From: Candidatus Latescibacterota bacterium
GTDB lineage: Bacteria > Latescibacterota > UBA2968 > SICM01
Length of the DNA: 64,000 bases
Assembly: GCA_965217865.1 (NCBI GenBank)
Contig: CBDCJO010000002.1
Span: 1,536,001 to 1,600,000 of the forward strand
Direction: 5' to 3'
Part shown: piece after piece, positions 19,840 to 30,821 of the stretch
Position numbering within the stretch: the first letter of the stretch is position 1
Layout of the letters: every line of letters begins with the position of its first letter
Position numbers and translations under genes: made by a program
Notes under the pieces: generated by a model
What the model was told of the DNA's origin: nothing
The model's database searches: none
The model's input: the letters and a program-made list of their open reading frames with translations, nothing else

Positions 19840-20933
19840 TCAGTCCCAGTCCGAAAAGTCGGTGTCCGGCCTGTAGTTCCTGCCGCTCGACTCGAGTGTG
19901 GCCACCTGAATCATCTTCATGGTGGCCAGGGAGATCTCTTCCGGTCGGCGCAAATTCCCCGTTTCGAACGATTCCCTGGTCGAGGGGATCCAACGCTGCC
20001 CGGCCGCGGTATTCGCCTGCAGTTCGGTCATCTCGGTACGCACCAGTCCCGGCCCCGCGGAGAAGACCAGGACCGAACTTTTCTGCATCCTGAGCTCTTC
20101 GGTTGTGCGGTCGCTGTCGTCGAAACGCTTCGTGCTCCGCGCGCGCTCGACAACCCCCAGGTCGAAGGGAAAACTCATGCCGATGGAAGCCAGCTCGACT
20201 GTGTTCGGGTCCTGATCGTAGATGAACGTGTGATGTATCCGGAGCTCGCTCTTGCCGCCGAAGAGGTGGATGCGAAGGATGAACGGACAGAATCGCGAAC
20301 CGTCTTGCGCGGTGTGGTATCCCTTCACGCACACGCAGGTCCGCAGCGGACCTGCCTCCTCGACAACTATCCGGCCGGGCGGGCCAGGCCGAGCGTATCG
20401 TAGAACTTTCCGTGCTGATCCTCGACGTAAAGGAACGGACTGCTCTCCCCGGGGAACACGTCGCGCCACTCGCCGTTAGCCCTGATCCGGGATTGCATGA
20501 ACAGGCGACCGGCAGGAACCGGGGCGAGTGAAGACCCGCCCCGCCTCTCTCCGCGCGGGCCAAGGTCGAGCTGCATCGGACCGGTGTGGAACCTCAGCCG
20601 ATCGGCCTCCTCTTCGACCCGAACCGGGGTCTCACAGTCGGGAGGGCGTACGTCGGGCCCATACTCGAGAAAGAGCTCCTCGTGGTTGCCCGGCTCCAGA
20701 TCCGCCTGAAAATCGAGGAGCAGCCACCGGACATACTTCAGATCTCTGTTCCACGTGGCCAGGGGCGCGACCTGGGTCGGTCTTGGTCGACCGCTCCGAT
20801 CGACCACGCAGGCCCCGAACGACGAATCGAACTCCCCGTCGGCGAAGGTAACGCCCTGCGTGACCGGATATCCGCGATATCGTACCCCGTCGCCGCCCGA
20901 AAGGCCCAATTTGATCTTTTTTGGTTTTGCCAT
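19840..20933 (-). pseudogene. Truncated, frameshifted exo-rhamnogalacturonan lyase-like (PL26/YetA-type N-terminus) fused to an SDR C-terminus
   Basis: PVTQGVTF..G, LATW..VRWLLLDF, EEAGPLR, RIHHTFIYD; tail VFSAGPGLVRTEMT is SDR-like. Confidence 0.6.
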
Positions 20934-21119
20934 GCATCCTCCTGTACTAGGAAATTGCAAAGTGAAAAATGCAAAATGGGAAGTGCAAAATTATAGACGA
21001 TGGACCATAGACGATAGACGATAAAAAAAGTCAGACGTGAGATGTGAGACGTGAGACGAAAACCGAGATCGATTTGGAAAAACCAGTGACGGACATTTTA
21101 AATTCACTCAAGTGTCAGA

Positions 21120-21153
21120 CCTAACCTCTAGCCCCTTCCCTAAAGGGAAGGGG
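21120..21153. repeat. CCCCTTCCC-TAAA-GGGAAGGGG palindrome
   Basis: 9-bp stem; related copies at 30409, 30533 and 37394. Confidence 0.7.
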
Positions 21154-21424
21154 AATGACGCCTATATTTTAGCAAAATTTCTGAGCGAAGCGAAGGCCGC
21201 GAGAAAAGGGTAGGACAACGGAATTTGTTGATCTTCCTAGTTTTTGGTGGAAAGCGAGTTCTGTGAGACGACGCATCAGCGGGCCATAGGTCCGCGATCC
21301 GGATCCATCCCACACATACCGTAAATGAATCCGGATGCGGGACAGGGATTGGGGGATGGCGAGGTAAAATTATCGCGGCCAGTGCGTGAAGCCGTTAGTT
21401 CACGACTTGAGTATTCGTCCCGGG

Positions 21425-22810
21425 TCAACGAGGGTCTCGTGCTGTCCGGTCCGCCTCCACGGCCTCGAACCAGGCTTCCAGCTCCCCTTTCATCCGGTCC
21501 ACCCGGTCGGGATGTCGAGCCGCCAGATCGGTATTCTCATACGGATCCTCGTCGATATTGTAGAGCTCCGGCTCGCCAGGCGGGGGCAGTTCCCGTTCCA
21601 CCGGGGGATTGGAGACGTCCATCGTAAAATGCGGCACTTCGAAATTCTTCCGGTAAGGCGGATCGTCCGATGCCAGCTTCTTCATCGCCTCCTCGATCCG
21701 CGGCCAGTAGAGTTTCCATTCCTTGTCCCGCATTGCCGCGTTGCAATTCCGGATCGGATCGTAGCGGTTGAACTGCCAGAACCGCCTGGTCGGGATCTTC
21801 CCATCTTCGCCCCGCAGCGCCCCCAACACGTCCGCCCCGTCCAGGGGCAATCCCGGCCGGTCGTCGATCCCGCACGCCTGCAGCAGGGTGGGCATCCAGT
21901 CCGTAAAATGCAGCATCCCGTCGAATGCCCTGCCTCGAGGCAGGCCGGCAGGCCACCGGATCAGGCCCGGCACCCGGATCCCGCCTTCCAGGACATCGGT
22001 TTTCCTCCCCCGGAACGGACCGTTGTAGCGTTTCTGGCACGCCTCCCCCTCCCCGTGGAACAAGGGACCGTTATCGCTCGTAAAAAGCACAATGGTATTT
22101 TCTTCCAGCCCGTGCTTTTCCAGGAACTCCAGGACTCGCCCAACGCAGATATCCATCCGCCGGATCATTCCGTATAACTGACACACGGCTCTTGTGAATT
22201 TACCCATCTCTTGAAACGGCCGGATGTCCTCTTCGGGCGCCTCCAGCGGGAGGTGGGGTGCATTGTAGGCCACATAGAGAAAGAACGGCTCCGCCCTGTG
22301 CCGTTCGATAAATCCGATCGCCTCATCCGTAAACACGTCCGTCAGGTAGCGTCCGTCCGATTGTTCCGGCTGTCCGTTGTACTCGATTATCCAGTTCCAG
22401 TAATGCATCCCGCCGTTCAAAAACCCGACGAACTCGTCGAACCCCCGGTTGTTGGGATGATACTGCATATCGTGCAGGCCGTTGTGCCACTTCCCGATCA
22501 TCCCCGTCGTATACCCGCCCCCTTTAAACACGTCTGCGATCGTGGATTCTCTCAGCGCAATCCGGTCCAGCCCCCGGTTCGACTCGACGGACAGGGCGCC
22601 CGTCCGGTGGTTGTAGCGCCCCGTCAAGAACGACGCCCGTGCGGGCGCGCAGATCGGCGATCCCGTGTAATGCTGGTTCAGACATACCCCTTCCTGTCCG
22701 ATCCGGTCGATATGGGGCGTCTCGAGGTCCGGGTTTCCGTAGATCCCGAGGTCCCCGTAACCCTGGTCGTCCGTCAGAAATACGATCACGTTTGGGGTTT
22801 TGAGGGGCAT
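21425..22810 (-). CDS. Arylsulfatase (Cys-type, family S1)
   Basis: PNVIVFLTDDQGYGD, CAPARASFLTGRY, GKWH, FTSDNG, EGGIRVP. Confidence 0.92.
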   Translation of the reverse strand: MPLKTPNVIVFLTDDQGYGDLGIYGNPDLETPHIDRIGQEGVCLNQHYTGSPICAPARASFLTGRYNHRTGALSVESNRGLDRIALRESTIADVFKGGGYTTGMIGKWHNGLHDMQYHPNNRGFDEFVGFLNGGMHYWNWIIEYNGQPEQSDGRYLTDVFTDEAIGFIERHRAEPFFLYVAYNAPHLPLEAPEEDIRPFQEMGKFTRAVCQLYGMIRRMDICVGRVLEFLEKHGLEENTIVLFTSDNGPLFHGEGEACQKRYNGPFRGRKTDVLEGGIRVPGLIRWPAGLPRGRAFDGMLHFTDWMPTLLQACGIDDRPGLPLDGADVLGALRGEDGKIPTRRFWQFNRYDPIRNCNAAMRDKEWKLYWPRIEEAMKKLASDDPPYRKNFEVPHFTMDVSNPPVERELPPPGEPELYNIDEDPYENTDLAARHPDRVDRMKGELEAWFEAVEADRTARDPR

Positions 22811-22849
22811 GTTCTTCTTTTGGGTTTCTCAGTATAATTTACAAGACAC

Positions 22850-23856
22850 TTGGACGGGAGGAGCGGACTGTATCCGTGTCCTTCCACGGTAACCCTTCAC
22901 AAAAAGATTGAGGAGAACGGTGGCGCCCTGTTCATGTGTGGGTACGGACAGTTAACGAGAGGAGGAGGATCGAGAAACTTTCTGATCAAAAGCGATGACT
23001 CCGGAAAGAGCTGGCGGTTTTACGCGGACATCGGCCGGGATTATGAACCTGACTTCTGCCGACTTCCCAACGGGGACATGATCGCGGTTGCCCGCTGCGG
23101 GGGGGATGAGCCCAGGGTGCTGCTCCAGACTCGTTCCACCGACGATGGAATCACGTGGTCCGATCCGACCCCCGCACCGGGGGTGGAGACGGTCAGCCGG
23201 GAAGACCGCACGTGGAAGGATCCGCAGGGGGACTTGTTCAGGGAGGCCAGCGGAGGAAACGTGGACCCCTGTCTTCAGCCTCTTGAGAGCGGTATCATCG
23301 CCCTGTCCTACGGGAGGCCTGCGCTCTGTCTTCGCTTCAGCGAGGACGGCCTGGGAAACTCATGGGACTACAGGACTGAACTGATTCCCAAATACGCGAT
23401 GAAGGACGGGCGGGCATGGGCCTTTCCAGAGCAGTCGGTCATCTCTCACTATTACAGCGGAATGGTTGCCTTGTCGCCCAGAACGGTGCTCGTGGCGTCC
23501 AACATCTATGGGTACAGTCCGAGCGGTGATCCCCGAAAGGGGCGGGATGTGATCTTGTGGTGCCCGTGTCGGTCCGGAGGGATGGAGAGGGGAACAGGCC
23601 CCCTGCTATCAGCGGTCCGGGCGAGGCCGTTTGCGCCCCCGGGCGTGAGGTCGAGGTGCGGTTCACGCTTTCAGACCCGGACGGTGACTGGGTGCGATTG
23701 AAATGCGACGGCCCTCCGGGAACCGAAGTCAGGGGAAACGCCGTCGCGCTTAAAGCACCATGGGAGTTCTCCGGAGAGACGAGCCTGACTGTGAGCGCAG
23801 AGGACGCGTGGGGGGCACGGGCCGAAGAACATGGCCTGATGATAAGAAAAGGTTGA
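22850..23856 (+). pseudogene. BNR/Asp-box sialidase-like protein, probably 5'-truncated, frameshift at about 23555
   Basis: SDDSGKSW and STDDGITW Asp boxes; ATCTTGTG to ATCTTTGTG joins it to the C-terminal NRPP..DPDGD domain. Confidence 0.65.
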
Positions 23857-23958
23857 GGGCCATGGAAATGGAAAATGCAAAATGGAAAATGGAAAAGGCA
23901 AAAGGGAGAAGTCACAGGTCAAATCAAACCGGTATGGGGCCCTGTTCAGATTCCGGAC

Positions 23959-24960
23959 CTATTCCCGGATCTCAAAGACGATCCCTTCGATATCGCAGTT
24001 CCTCTCCTCGAATGCCGTGTAATAAGCGCATAATACCCGACCGTTCTCAAGGAGGATCATGCTGGGATAGGAACAGTCCCAAATTACTTTCGGGGCCACG
24101 TAGATATCGGCGAGGAACTCCCAGGTCTCCCCGCCGTCCCTTGTGGCCGAAAGCGAGCAGCCCGGCAACCTGCTTTCATCAACCTGACGATAGCCCAGCA
24201 GAATCATACCGGAGGGCAGCCGCAGGAGACTCGGACACTGGCCCATGACCTCAGTTTTTTCAGGGGCGGACCAGGTCAAACCCTCGTCCTCTGAATAGGC
24301 GCGGTGAAGAAACCGGGGTTTCTCCCTAACCTGCCGGACCAACGCCATAAGCCTCCCATCCGGGACCCGGACGATGTCCAACTCGTCGCTCAGTCCGCGC
24401 GCTACATCCACACGTCCAGGAAACGTGTGGCCCCCGTCGTTTGAGACAAAATATCCGCTGTAGACCGGCTCTTCTCCCACCTTCTGCCCGCCTCCGAGGA
24501 CAAAGATCCTTCCGCCGGGCAATACCTGGACACGACCGTACTGGTTCTGCCAGGTCCATCCTTCCATCGGGCCAAGAAAAAGAGGATCGGACCAGGATTT
24601 TCCCTCGTCGTCGGAGCTGAGGAGATATGTCTTGAACTCTCGTACCCCCTCTACGTGCCTCAAGGACATGACGGGCAAGAGGATCCGGCCATCCGACAGT
24701 TGAGCGGGTCCGTGGTGGGCGGCGCAGCCCCAACCCGGTTCCGAAAAGAACAACTCCGGTTCGGACCAGCTCGCTCCTCCATCATCGGACCTTACCATCT
24801 TTTCGACGGAGTCATCCGTCTTCCAGTGATCCGAGCCTTCTCGATATGACAGGAGTAACGTACCTGAGGAAAGCCTGAGCAGCCCCGGAAAAGCCTTGTG
24901 ACGCGGGCTTTCGCCTGCGATGGTAAAACGTTCGAGGTGGTGGAATTGGAGTGATGGCAT
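23959..24960 (-). CDS. BNR/Asp-box sialidase-like protein
   Basis: Start MPSLQF; SDDGGASW, SDDEGKSW, SEDEGLTW, TRDGGETW, SYP. Confidence 0.85.
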   Translation of the reverse strand: MPSLQFHHLERFTIAGESPRHKAFPGLLRLSSGTLLLSYREGSDHWKTDDSVEKMVRSDDGGASWSEPELFFSEPGWGCAAHHGPAQLSDGRILLPVMSLRHVEGVREFKTYLLSSDDEGKSWSDPLFLGPMEGWTWQNQYGRVQVLPGGRIFVLGGGQKVGEEPVYSGYFVSNDGGHTFPGRVDVARGLSDELDIVRVPDGRLMALVRQVREKPRFLHRAYSEDEGLTWSAPEKTEVMGQCPSLLRLPSGMILLGYRQVDESRLPGCSLSATRDGGETWEFLADIYVAPKVIWDCSYPSMILLENGRVLCAYYTAFEERNCDIEGIVFEIRE

Positions 24961-24981
24961 GTTGGCTCCTTTCAAGAGGAA

Positions 24982-25188
24982 ATTGAAGATTGAATATTGA
25001 AAGACCGTCAAACGTGAGACGTGAAACGTGAAACGGGAAAAGCAGTGGCAGGTGGCAGTTGCAGGAAAAGCCAAAGCCGGGACAGGCAATATGACCTTCA
25101 ACCGCACTTCCCCTCTCCCAGATGGACCGCGGACGATAGACCATAGACGATGGACGATGGTCAGAGGTCGGGTGTCGGAGGTCAGGGG
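24982..25188. repeat. Mosaic of GAAGATT, GTGARAC, GCAGTG, ATRGACS and GGTCRGA arrays
   Basis: Five repeat families back to back. Confidence 0.85.
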
Positions 25189-25191
25189 GCA

Positions 25192-25310
25192 AGGGGTTGG
25201 CGGTTTTCAGAGCGAATTGGATGAATTTTAATGATGAACTGATTTGATTAGGGGGAAGCCTTATCGGCATTGATTGACCGATTACGGCCCGCGAGGCCGC
25301 GGGCCCTCCC
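25192..25310. repeat. Left-truncated copy of the MITE-like element at 62441..62636
   Basis: Colinear similarity (GGCGGTTTTCA..GAATTGGATGA..GATTTGAT..ATTGATT..TACGGCCC..CGCGAG..GCCCTCCC). Confidence 0.75.
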
Positions 25311-25329
25311 GGAAACGGCGCGCGGCATC

Positions 25330-26055
25330 CTACCCATTAGAAGCAAGTTCCGTTTCACGTGGCCTGATTAACATCAGATAACAGGCGGATGAAATTCCTC
25401 CGGAGCCGAATACCATACACATAACCATAATCTGGTATCGCACGGCCACAAGGGGGGACACGCCTGACAGGATCTGTCCGGTCATCATGCCAGGTAAGCT
25501 TACGAGGCCGACGGCAAGCAGTGAATTGATCTGGGGAATCAGGGACGTTCTGAGCGCGATGCGCCTCGCTTCTTCATATTGAAGGTTGTTTGCGGACTCG
25601 GATTCGAATCGCTCCGCCGCGAGGCTAACGGCATTCATGGCGTTCGCGAAGATCATGCCCGCGAGGGGAATCATGATGCGAGGCGAAAACCATGGTTGGA
25701 GATCCAGGACTTCCTGGGAAACAAGGGCCAGTGTCAAGACTCCGCCGAGAGAGATGGAACCCAGGGCCTTTGCATACAGCATGGGTTGTTTCCGCTTAAG
25801 GGGACGGAGGGCGATCCAGCTTGAGGCGAAGAGCATGACCGCAAGAACTGCTATGACGATCGAGGGATAATCGGATTCAAAAATGTAGGCCAATACGTAA
25901 CCGATTAGAAGGAGCTGGATCCCCATGCGGGCAACGGCGTAGAGCGCGATATGGCTGCCCAAAGACCATCGATAGAGAATCACGATGACGATCAATACAG
26001 GAATAAAGGTCAGGGCCAGGTTTTCCAATGGAATTGTCTGTACGGAGTTGTTCAT
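25330..26055 (-). CDS. UPF0014 (FetB/YbbM-like) ABC transporter permease
   Basis: RMGIQLLLIGYVL, IPLAGMIFANAM, VGLVSLPGMMTGQILSG..AVRYQI. Confidence 0.9.
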   Translation of the reverse strand: MNNSVQTIPLENLALTFIPVLIVIVILYRWSLGSHIALYAVARMGIQLLLIGYVLAYIFESDYPSIVIAVLAVMLFASSWIALRPLKRKQPMLYAKALGSISLGGVLTLALVSQEVLDLQPWFSPRIMIPLAGMIFANAMNAVSLAAERFESESANNLQYEEARRIALRTSLIPQINSLLAVGLVSLPGMMTGQILSGVSPLVAVRYQIMVMCMVFGSGGISSACYLMLIRPRETELASNG

Positions 26056-26093
26056 AATCTCTGTGGTCTCCTTGAGGTGTGTGAGGAATCCAT

Positions 26094-27140
26094 CTATTGA
26101 TCTATTGACGCTATTGGAGGGGGGGAGTCCGGATGGACCAGAGACAGATCCTTGAGCTCCTCCCAGAAACCCGCGGGAATCTCCTGCTTGAAGTAGCCGA
26201 TGTTGGCTTCGAATTCCGAAACGGTACGGGCGCCGGGGATGATCGCGGCGACGGTCGGGTGTCCGAAGGGGAATTGCAGGGCCGCGGCCTGGAGGGGAAC
26301 GTCGTGCCGCGCGCAGACTTCCTCTATTCGGCGAGTGCGTTCGAGGATATCGGGAGGGGCCGGGCCGTAGTTGTAGTATGCCCCTTCGACGGCACCGGTG
26401 GCGAGGATCCCCGAGTTGTAAGGCCCCCCGATGACGATCCGGATGTTTTTCTCGAGGCAGAGGGGAAGGAGCTTGTGAAGGGATTCCTGTTCGAGGAGGG
26501 TGTAGCGCCCGGCCAGGAGAAAGCAGTCGAAGTCGCCTTCCACTGCGAAGTCGCAGAGCATCTGCCACTGGTTCATTCCCATTCCAATGGCCCGGACGAC
26601 TTTCTGTTCGCGAAGCTCGTGAAGGGCGGGAAACGCCCCGTCCATAACCTCGGAGAAGTGACCTTTATCCCGGGGGTCAAAGTCCGGCAGGATGCTTGCA
26701 CCCTCGTCCGGATCGTGGATCAGGAGGATGTCGATCCTGTCTGTCTGAAGGCGGCGAAGGCTCTCTTCGATGGAGCGAAGGACCGCGTCCCGTGAGTAGT
26801 CGAGAACGGGGTCAAAAGACGGGATATCCACAAAGACCCCGTCGGGAGGCTCAACCGAGGTGCGAGGAACAAGCGAGTAGCCGACCTTCGTGGAGATGAC
26901 CAGTTCCTCACGGTTGTAAGGGGATAGCCCGTGGCCAACCCGCGTTTCGCTAAGCCCGGAGCCGTAAAGAGGGGCGGTGTCGAAATAACGGATCCCCGCA
27001 TCATAGGCCGCCGCGATCGTCGCTTCGGCTGATCGTTCCGCCAGGGTGGTGAAGAGGTTGCCAAAAGGCGCTCCGCCAAGGCCCATCCGGGTGACTTTCA
27101 GACCGGAATGTCCGATCTCCTGTTTTTGATCTGGCTTCAT
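26094..27140 (-). CDS. Aldo/keto reductase (D-threo-aldose 1-dehydrogenase-like)
   Basis: GIRYFDTAPLYG, STKVG, IHDPD, LAGRYTLLEQ, YNSGILA. Confidence 0.9.
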   Translation of the reverse strand: MKPDQKQEIGHSGLKVTRMGLGGAPFGNLFTTLAERSAEATIAAAYDAGIRYFDTAPLYGSGLSETRVGHGLSPYNREELVISTKVGYSLVPRTSVEPPDGVFVDIPSFDPVLDYSRDAVLRSIEESLRRLQTDRIDILLIHDPDEGASILPDFDPRDKGHFSEVMDGAFPALHELREQKVVRAIGMGMNQWQMLCDFAVEGDFDCFLLAGRYTLLEQESLHKLLPLCLEKNIRIVIGGPYNSGILATGAVEGAYYNYGPAPPDILERTRRIEEVCARHDVPLQAAALQFPFGHPTVAAIIPGARTVSEFEANIGYFKQEIPAGFWEELKDLSLVHPDSPPPIASIDQ

Positions 27141-27173
27141 CTTTTATCTTTCTGATGATCGGGATCCTTTGGT

Positions 27174-27201
27174 GTAGGGGCACGATGTATCGTGCCCCTA
27201 C
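27174..27201. repeat. GTAG-type REP palindrome
   Basis: GTAGGGGCACGATGTATCGTGCCCCTAC, one mismatch to the 4407 copy. Confidence 0.85.
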
Positions 27202-27310
27202 GATGGCTTCAACGCAAGATGCGTACATATTTTTTTGTAGCGGCAGAGCGAAGCGAAGACCACTATAGGGAAAGGGTTAACCGCGTTCACGATCGACGAA
27301 CGCCGATCCG

Positions 27311-27706
27311 TTATGATGCAAACCAATTCTCAATGGCCTCGAGAGAATCGAAATAGCCTGTTGGGTAGGTTGCCGGGGCCTCCACGGCAGGTTCCTTGGC
27401 CGGACCCACGCCTTCAGGGAAAAGAAAGGCCATCTTTTTAACCCCCGCGGCATTATATCTCGGGATGATTTTTTCACTTCTCCATGTGTCCAGGTTCTTG
27501 TTCCACCCGTGCATGAATTGCCTGGCATCGATGAGCATGAACGGAGGAAGCTGTTGTTCTCCAGATTCCGTGAACCGTTCGAGCCAATGTTTCACATCGT
27601 CGTCGGACATATCGGATGTGCCTTCCAGCCATTTCAACTCAAGAATCCCTTTGCTGTCATCGTACGTTATAGTGCCGAACGTATCTCGATAGAATTCGGT
27701 TGACAT
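27311..27706 (-). CDS. STAS/SpoIIAA-like small protein
   Basis: LIDAR, GVKKMAFL, YFDSLEAIENW pattern. Confidence 0.6.
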   Translation of the reverse strand: MSTEFYRDTFGTITYDDSKGILELKWLEGTSDMSDDDVKHWLERFTESGEQQLPPFMLIDARQFMHGWNKNLDTWRSEKIIPRYNAAGVKKMAFLFPEGVGPAKEPAVEAPATYPTGYFDSLEAIENWFAS

Positions 27707-27759
27707 TCTGGACTCCTTCCCATTCTTCGCGTTAAAACCGCATACTGTCAGGCTTCAAC

Positions 27760-28302
27760 TTAACCCTTCGTTTTCTCAAAATCCTCCCGACCGATGCCAT
27801 ATACCAGCATCTCGTGTTCCCTGAACTCGATTCGCTCTTCAAGCCGTTGTCCCAGGCGTTCGGCCACCCGAATCGAGGCGACATTCTCCGGGTCAATCAG
27901 GCTAATGATGTGAGGGATCTTCAGGTCCGTGAAGGTGTGGGCCAGGGCCGCTCGCCCCCCCTCTGTCGCAAAGCCAAAGCCCCAGGATTCCCGACGAAGC
28001 ATCCAGGAGAGCTCTATCCCGGGCCAGCCTTCGGGATTGAAAAGACCGACCCTGCCGATCAACTCTCCGCTTGCGCGTTCCTCCACGGCCCACATCCCGT
28101 ATCCACGGAGTGACCAGTGGCCGAGCAGCATGGCCAGGCTGCGCCAAACCTCCGGCCGGGTCGAGTTTCCCCCCCCGATGAAGCGTGTGACCTCCGGATT
28201 GGCACATATCCGGGCATAGGCGTCCACGTCCTTATCACAGAACATCCGTAACACCAGGCGTTCCGTTTCGAGTTCTTTCCATCCTTTCTCACTGGATGAC
28301 AT
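27760..28302 (-). CDS. RimJ/RimL-type GNAT acetyltransferase
   Basis: LETERLVLR, WGFGFATEG, ENVASIRVAERLG. Confidence 0.9.
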   Translation of the reverse strand: MSSSEKGWKELETERLVLRMFCDKDVDAYARICANPEVTRFIGGGNSTRPEVWRSLAMLLGHWSLRGYGMWAVEERASGELIGRVGLFNPEGWPGIELSWMLRRESWGFGFATEGGRAALAHTFTDLKIPHIISLIDPENVASIRVAERLGQRLEERIEFREHEMLVYGIGREDFEKTKG

Positions 28303-29410
28303 AAAGATCCTCCGTGTCCATGACGGTCGTCAAGATTTTAGGGTCATCCTCGGTCACCACAAAGAGGTCCTCTTTGTGATAGACGAATCCTTTCGAATCT
28401 ACGACCGCGGGCTCGACATTGAGGACCATGCCGGGTTTGAGCTCGGCTTTTTCGTCGGCTTGAAGTACCGGGAACTCGTGCAGTCCGATGCCCAGCCCGT
28501 GCCCGATGGCCTGGCTGGTCACGGGCAGGCCTCTCTTCTCGACCCCGCGTTTATAGGTATTGTATATATCACACGCCCTGACTCCAGGACGCGCGGCTGC
28601 GATCGTCTCTTTCTGAACTTCCAACAAGCGTTTGTAGATCGACCTTTGCTCGTCGTTGGGAGGTCCGATCACTGCCGTTCGGGCAACGTCAGACTGATAT
28701 CCCCCGAAAACGGCCCCAAAGTCGACCCGTAGAATCTCGCCTCGGACAAGCGTTTTGGACCCGGGAAACGGGTGATTGACGGCCGTGTTTTCGCCTGCGG
28801 CGAAAACGATCCAGCGGGAGGTTGCGCCTGCATTCAGAACTCGTGCGGTCATGTCATCCGCCACCTTTTTCTCGGTGTCACCCGGCTTCGCTGCCTGAAA
28901 AGACGCGAGGATGACTTTTTCCGTGGATATCGCCGCCTTGGTCAAGATCTCGATTTCGGCAGGTGTCTTGACGGCGCGCGCGGCATCGAAGACCGGGTCC
29001 GCCCCGACCAGCGTGGCTTCGGGCAGAGAGGCTGCCAATTCCTCAACATAGCAGGCTGCCAGGAACTTTTTTTCGATTCCGATACGCGCGCTGCCCAGCC
29101 CTCGATCCTTCAGGAGTTCGGCCAGGGCCCGCATAGGCGTTTCCCGGAATTCAACGTAGGTGTTAATATCGGTGATCCAGGTATCGTTCCGGGTCTGTCG
29201 TTCCTCATTGTGACAAATAAAGGCCCAGGGATCACCTTCCCGGGGCACCAGGGCCATACAGATTCTTTCGGGGATGATCAGGTGCGACAGCAGGTAGGTA
29301 TCCGTAATGTAGGTAAAATTTTCAAGAGATGCCGCCAGCAAAAGATCCAGACTTTCGGCATCCATCCCCTGTTTCAAACCGTCCATGTTAATTCGAGAAG
29401 GGTCTCCCAT
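28289..29410 (-). CDS. M24 Xaa-Pro peptidase family protein
   Basis: KTPAEI, VDFG..YQSDVART, GHGLG..HE, NVEP, ED. Confidence 0.9.
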   Translation of the reverse strand: MGDPSRINMDGLKQGMDAESLDLLLAASLENFTYITDTYLLSHLIIPERICMALVPREGDPWAFICHNEERQTRNDTWITDINTYVEFRETPMRALAELLKDRGLGSARIGIEKKFLAACYVEELAASLPEATLVGADPVFDAARAVKTPAEIEILTKAAISTEKVILASFQAAKPGDTEKKVADDMTARVLNAGATSRWIVFAAGENTAVNHPFPGSKTLVRGEILRVDFGAVFGGYQSDVARTAVIGPPNDEQRSIYKRLLEVQKETIAAARPGVRACDIYNTYKRGVEKRGLPVTSQAIGHGLGIGLHEFPVLQADEKAELKPGMVLNVEPAVVDSKGFVYHKEDLFVVTEDDPKILTTVMDTEDLYVIQ

Positions 29411-29553
29411 CGATTGGTCTCCGTGAAAGGCCGTGATTCGGAAAGGCCGTGGATCGTGATTCGTGGTTCGTGATTCGAAAAGGTCCTAACCTTGACCGGA
29501 GTCGGAAAATGAGTTTGGATCCCGGTGTTTTTATTCTTCCTTCAAAGTTCCCT

Positions 29554-30285
29554 CTAATTTTGGGGGTCCCCGGCGTGGGCAATCACGAAATCCACGAGTT
29601 CCCGGCACTGGAAAAATCCGGGCCACCTGCTGTGGCCTTGCCCCTCCGGAACCAGGACTGTCACTTCCCCTCCGAACCGCCTGTACCGCCTGGCCAGTTC
29701 GGCCGTGTTCTTTTCGAGGGGAACCAACTCGTCAATATCACCGTGGATATGAAAGATCGGAACGCCTTGGTCAGCAAGGGGCTTTAGGCGGTCGATCGGA
29801 TTATGTTGGCCAAGCGCCTCGGAGAGCTGCGCTTCCGTCATGCCGTAGGCGGGCCCGGCTTTCTCGAGACCCGGATAGCTTCTGAGGTCGCAGACGGGGT
29901 AGATCCCGGCGATACACGCCACGCGATCCGGATGCTCAACGGCCCAGTTGTATTGCATCAGGGCCCCGCGGCTTCGGGCAAGAAGACATGCTTTCTCCCG
30001 GAGTCCGCGGTTTTTTTCAAGTTCCCCGTGAAGTGCGGTATAGAGGGCCCGGCCTTCCGGATTCCCGAACGATTCCCCCACGTCCAGGCCCGCAACGGCG
30101 AACCCGGCCTCCGAAAATCTTTTAAACATCCACTCTTCTTCGATACCAGGAAGACCGGGCAGCGTGGGCGCATACCAGACCCAGGGGGTTTTGGCTCCGC
30201 CCGTTCGGCATTCGGGAGGAATCAGGAAGGCTTCGTGATCTTCAACCGTGAAGGTTTCGCTGTCGATCGTGAGTTTCTTGGCCAT
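29554..30285 (-). CDS. Alpha/beta hydrolase
   Basis: PWVWYAP, ARSRGA nucleophile elbow, HGDIDELVP, GQGH. Confidence 0.8.
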   Translation of the reverse strand: MAKKLTIDSETFTVEDHEAFLIPPECRTGGAKTPWVWYAPTLPGLPGIEEEWMFKRFSEAGFAVAGLDVGESFGNPEGRALYTALHGELEKNRGLREKACLLARSRGALMQYNWAVEHPDRVACIAGIYPVCDLRSYPGLEKAGPAYGMTEAQLSEALGQHNPIDRLKPLADQGVPIFHIHGDIDELVPLEKNTAELARRYRRFGGEVTVLVPEGQGHSRWPGFFQCRELVDFVIAHAGDPQN

Positions 30286-30682
30286 GAGACCACAGAAAGA
30301 CTGTCAAACGTGAGACGCAAGATCGTGGTCAGAGGCCAGAATAAATCCAGGGCTTAGAGGTCGGAGGTCAGTGGTCAAAGGTTGGGTTCGACGCCCTCAT
30401 CCCCTGTATCCCCTTCTCCCGTCCTTCGACGAGCTCAGGACAGGCGCCGCAGGAGAAGGGGACGATGACAATCATTTCTATATATAAAGGATCCGCCTTT
30501 CCCTTCAAAAATCAATAAGATCATTTTCGAACTTCCCCTCTCCCGGCACCCGGGAGAGGGGTGCCGGGCTTGCGAGGCGGGGTGAGGGAGCACGAAGGTT
30601 TATTAAATATTATAACGCAATTAGAAGATTAAGGCTTGACTTTACAAACCAAACTGAGTAACTTCACACCGCACCTGACGTC

Positions 30683-30802
30683 AAAGGAGGAACCGACCAC
30701 CAGGACAACCTGCAACTGCTTTGCGGAGCCTGCAACAGCCTGAAAGGCGATAGGCCGCAAGCCTATCTGGTGGTGAGGCTGAAGGCGGATGGTATCCTGT
30801 AA
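30683..30802 (+). pseudogene. C-terminal HNH endonuclease remnant
   Basis: KGGTDHQDNLQLLCGACNSLKG...GIL*; in-frame stop just upstream and no start codon. Confidence 0.75.
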
Positions 30803-30821
30803 ATCGAAAGGAGGTGATAAT

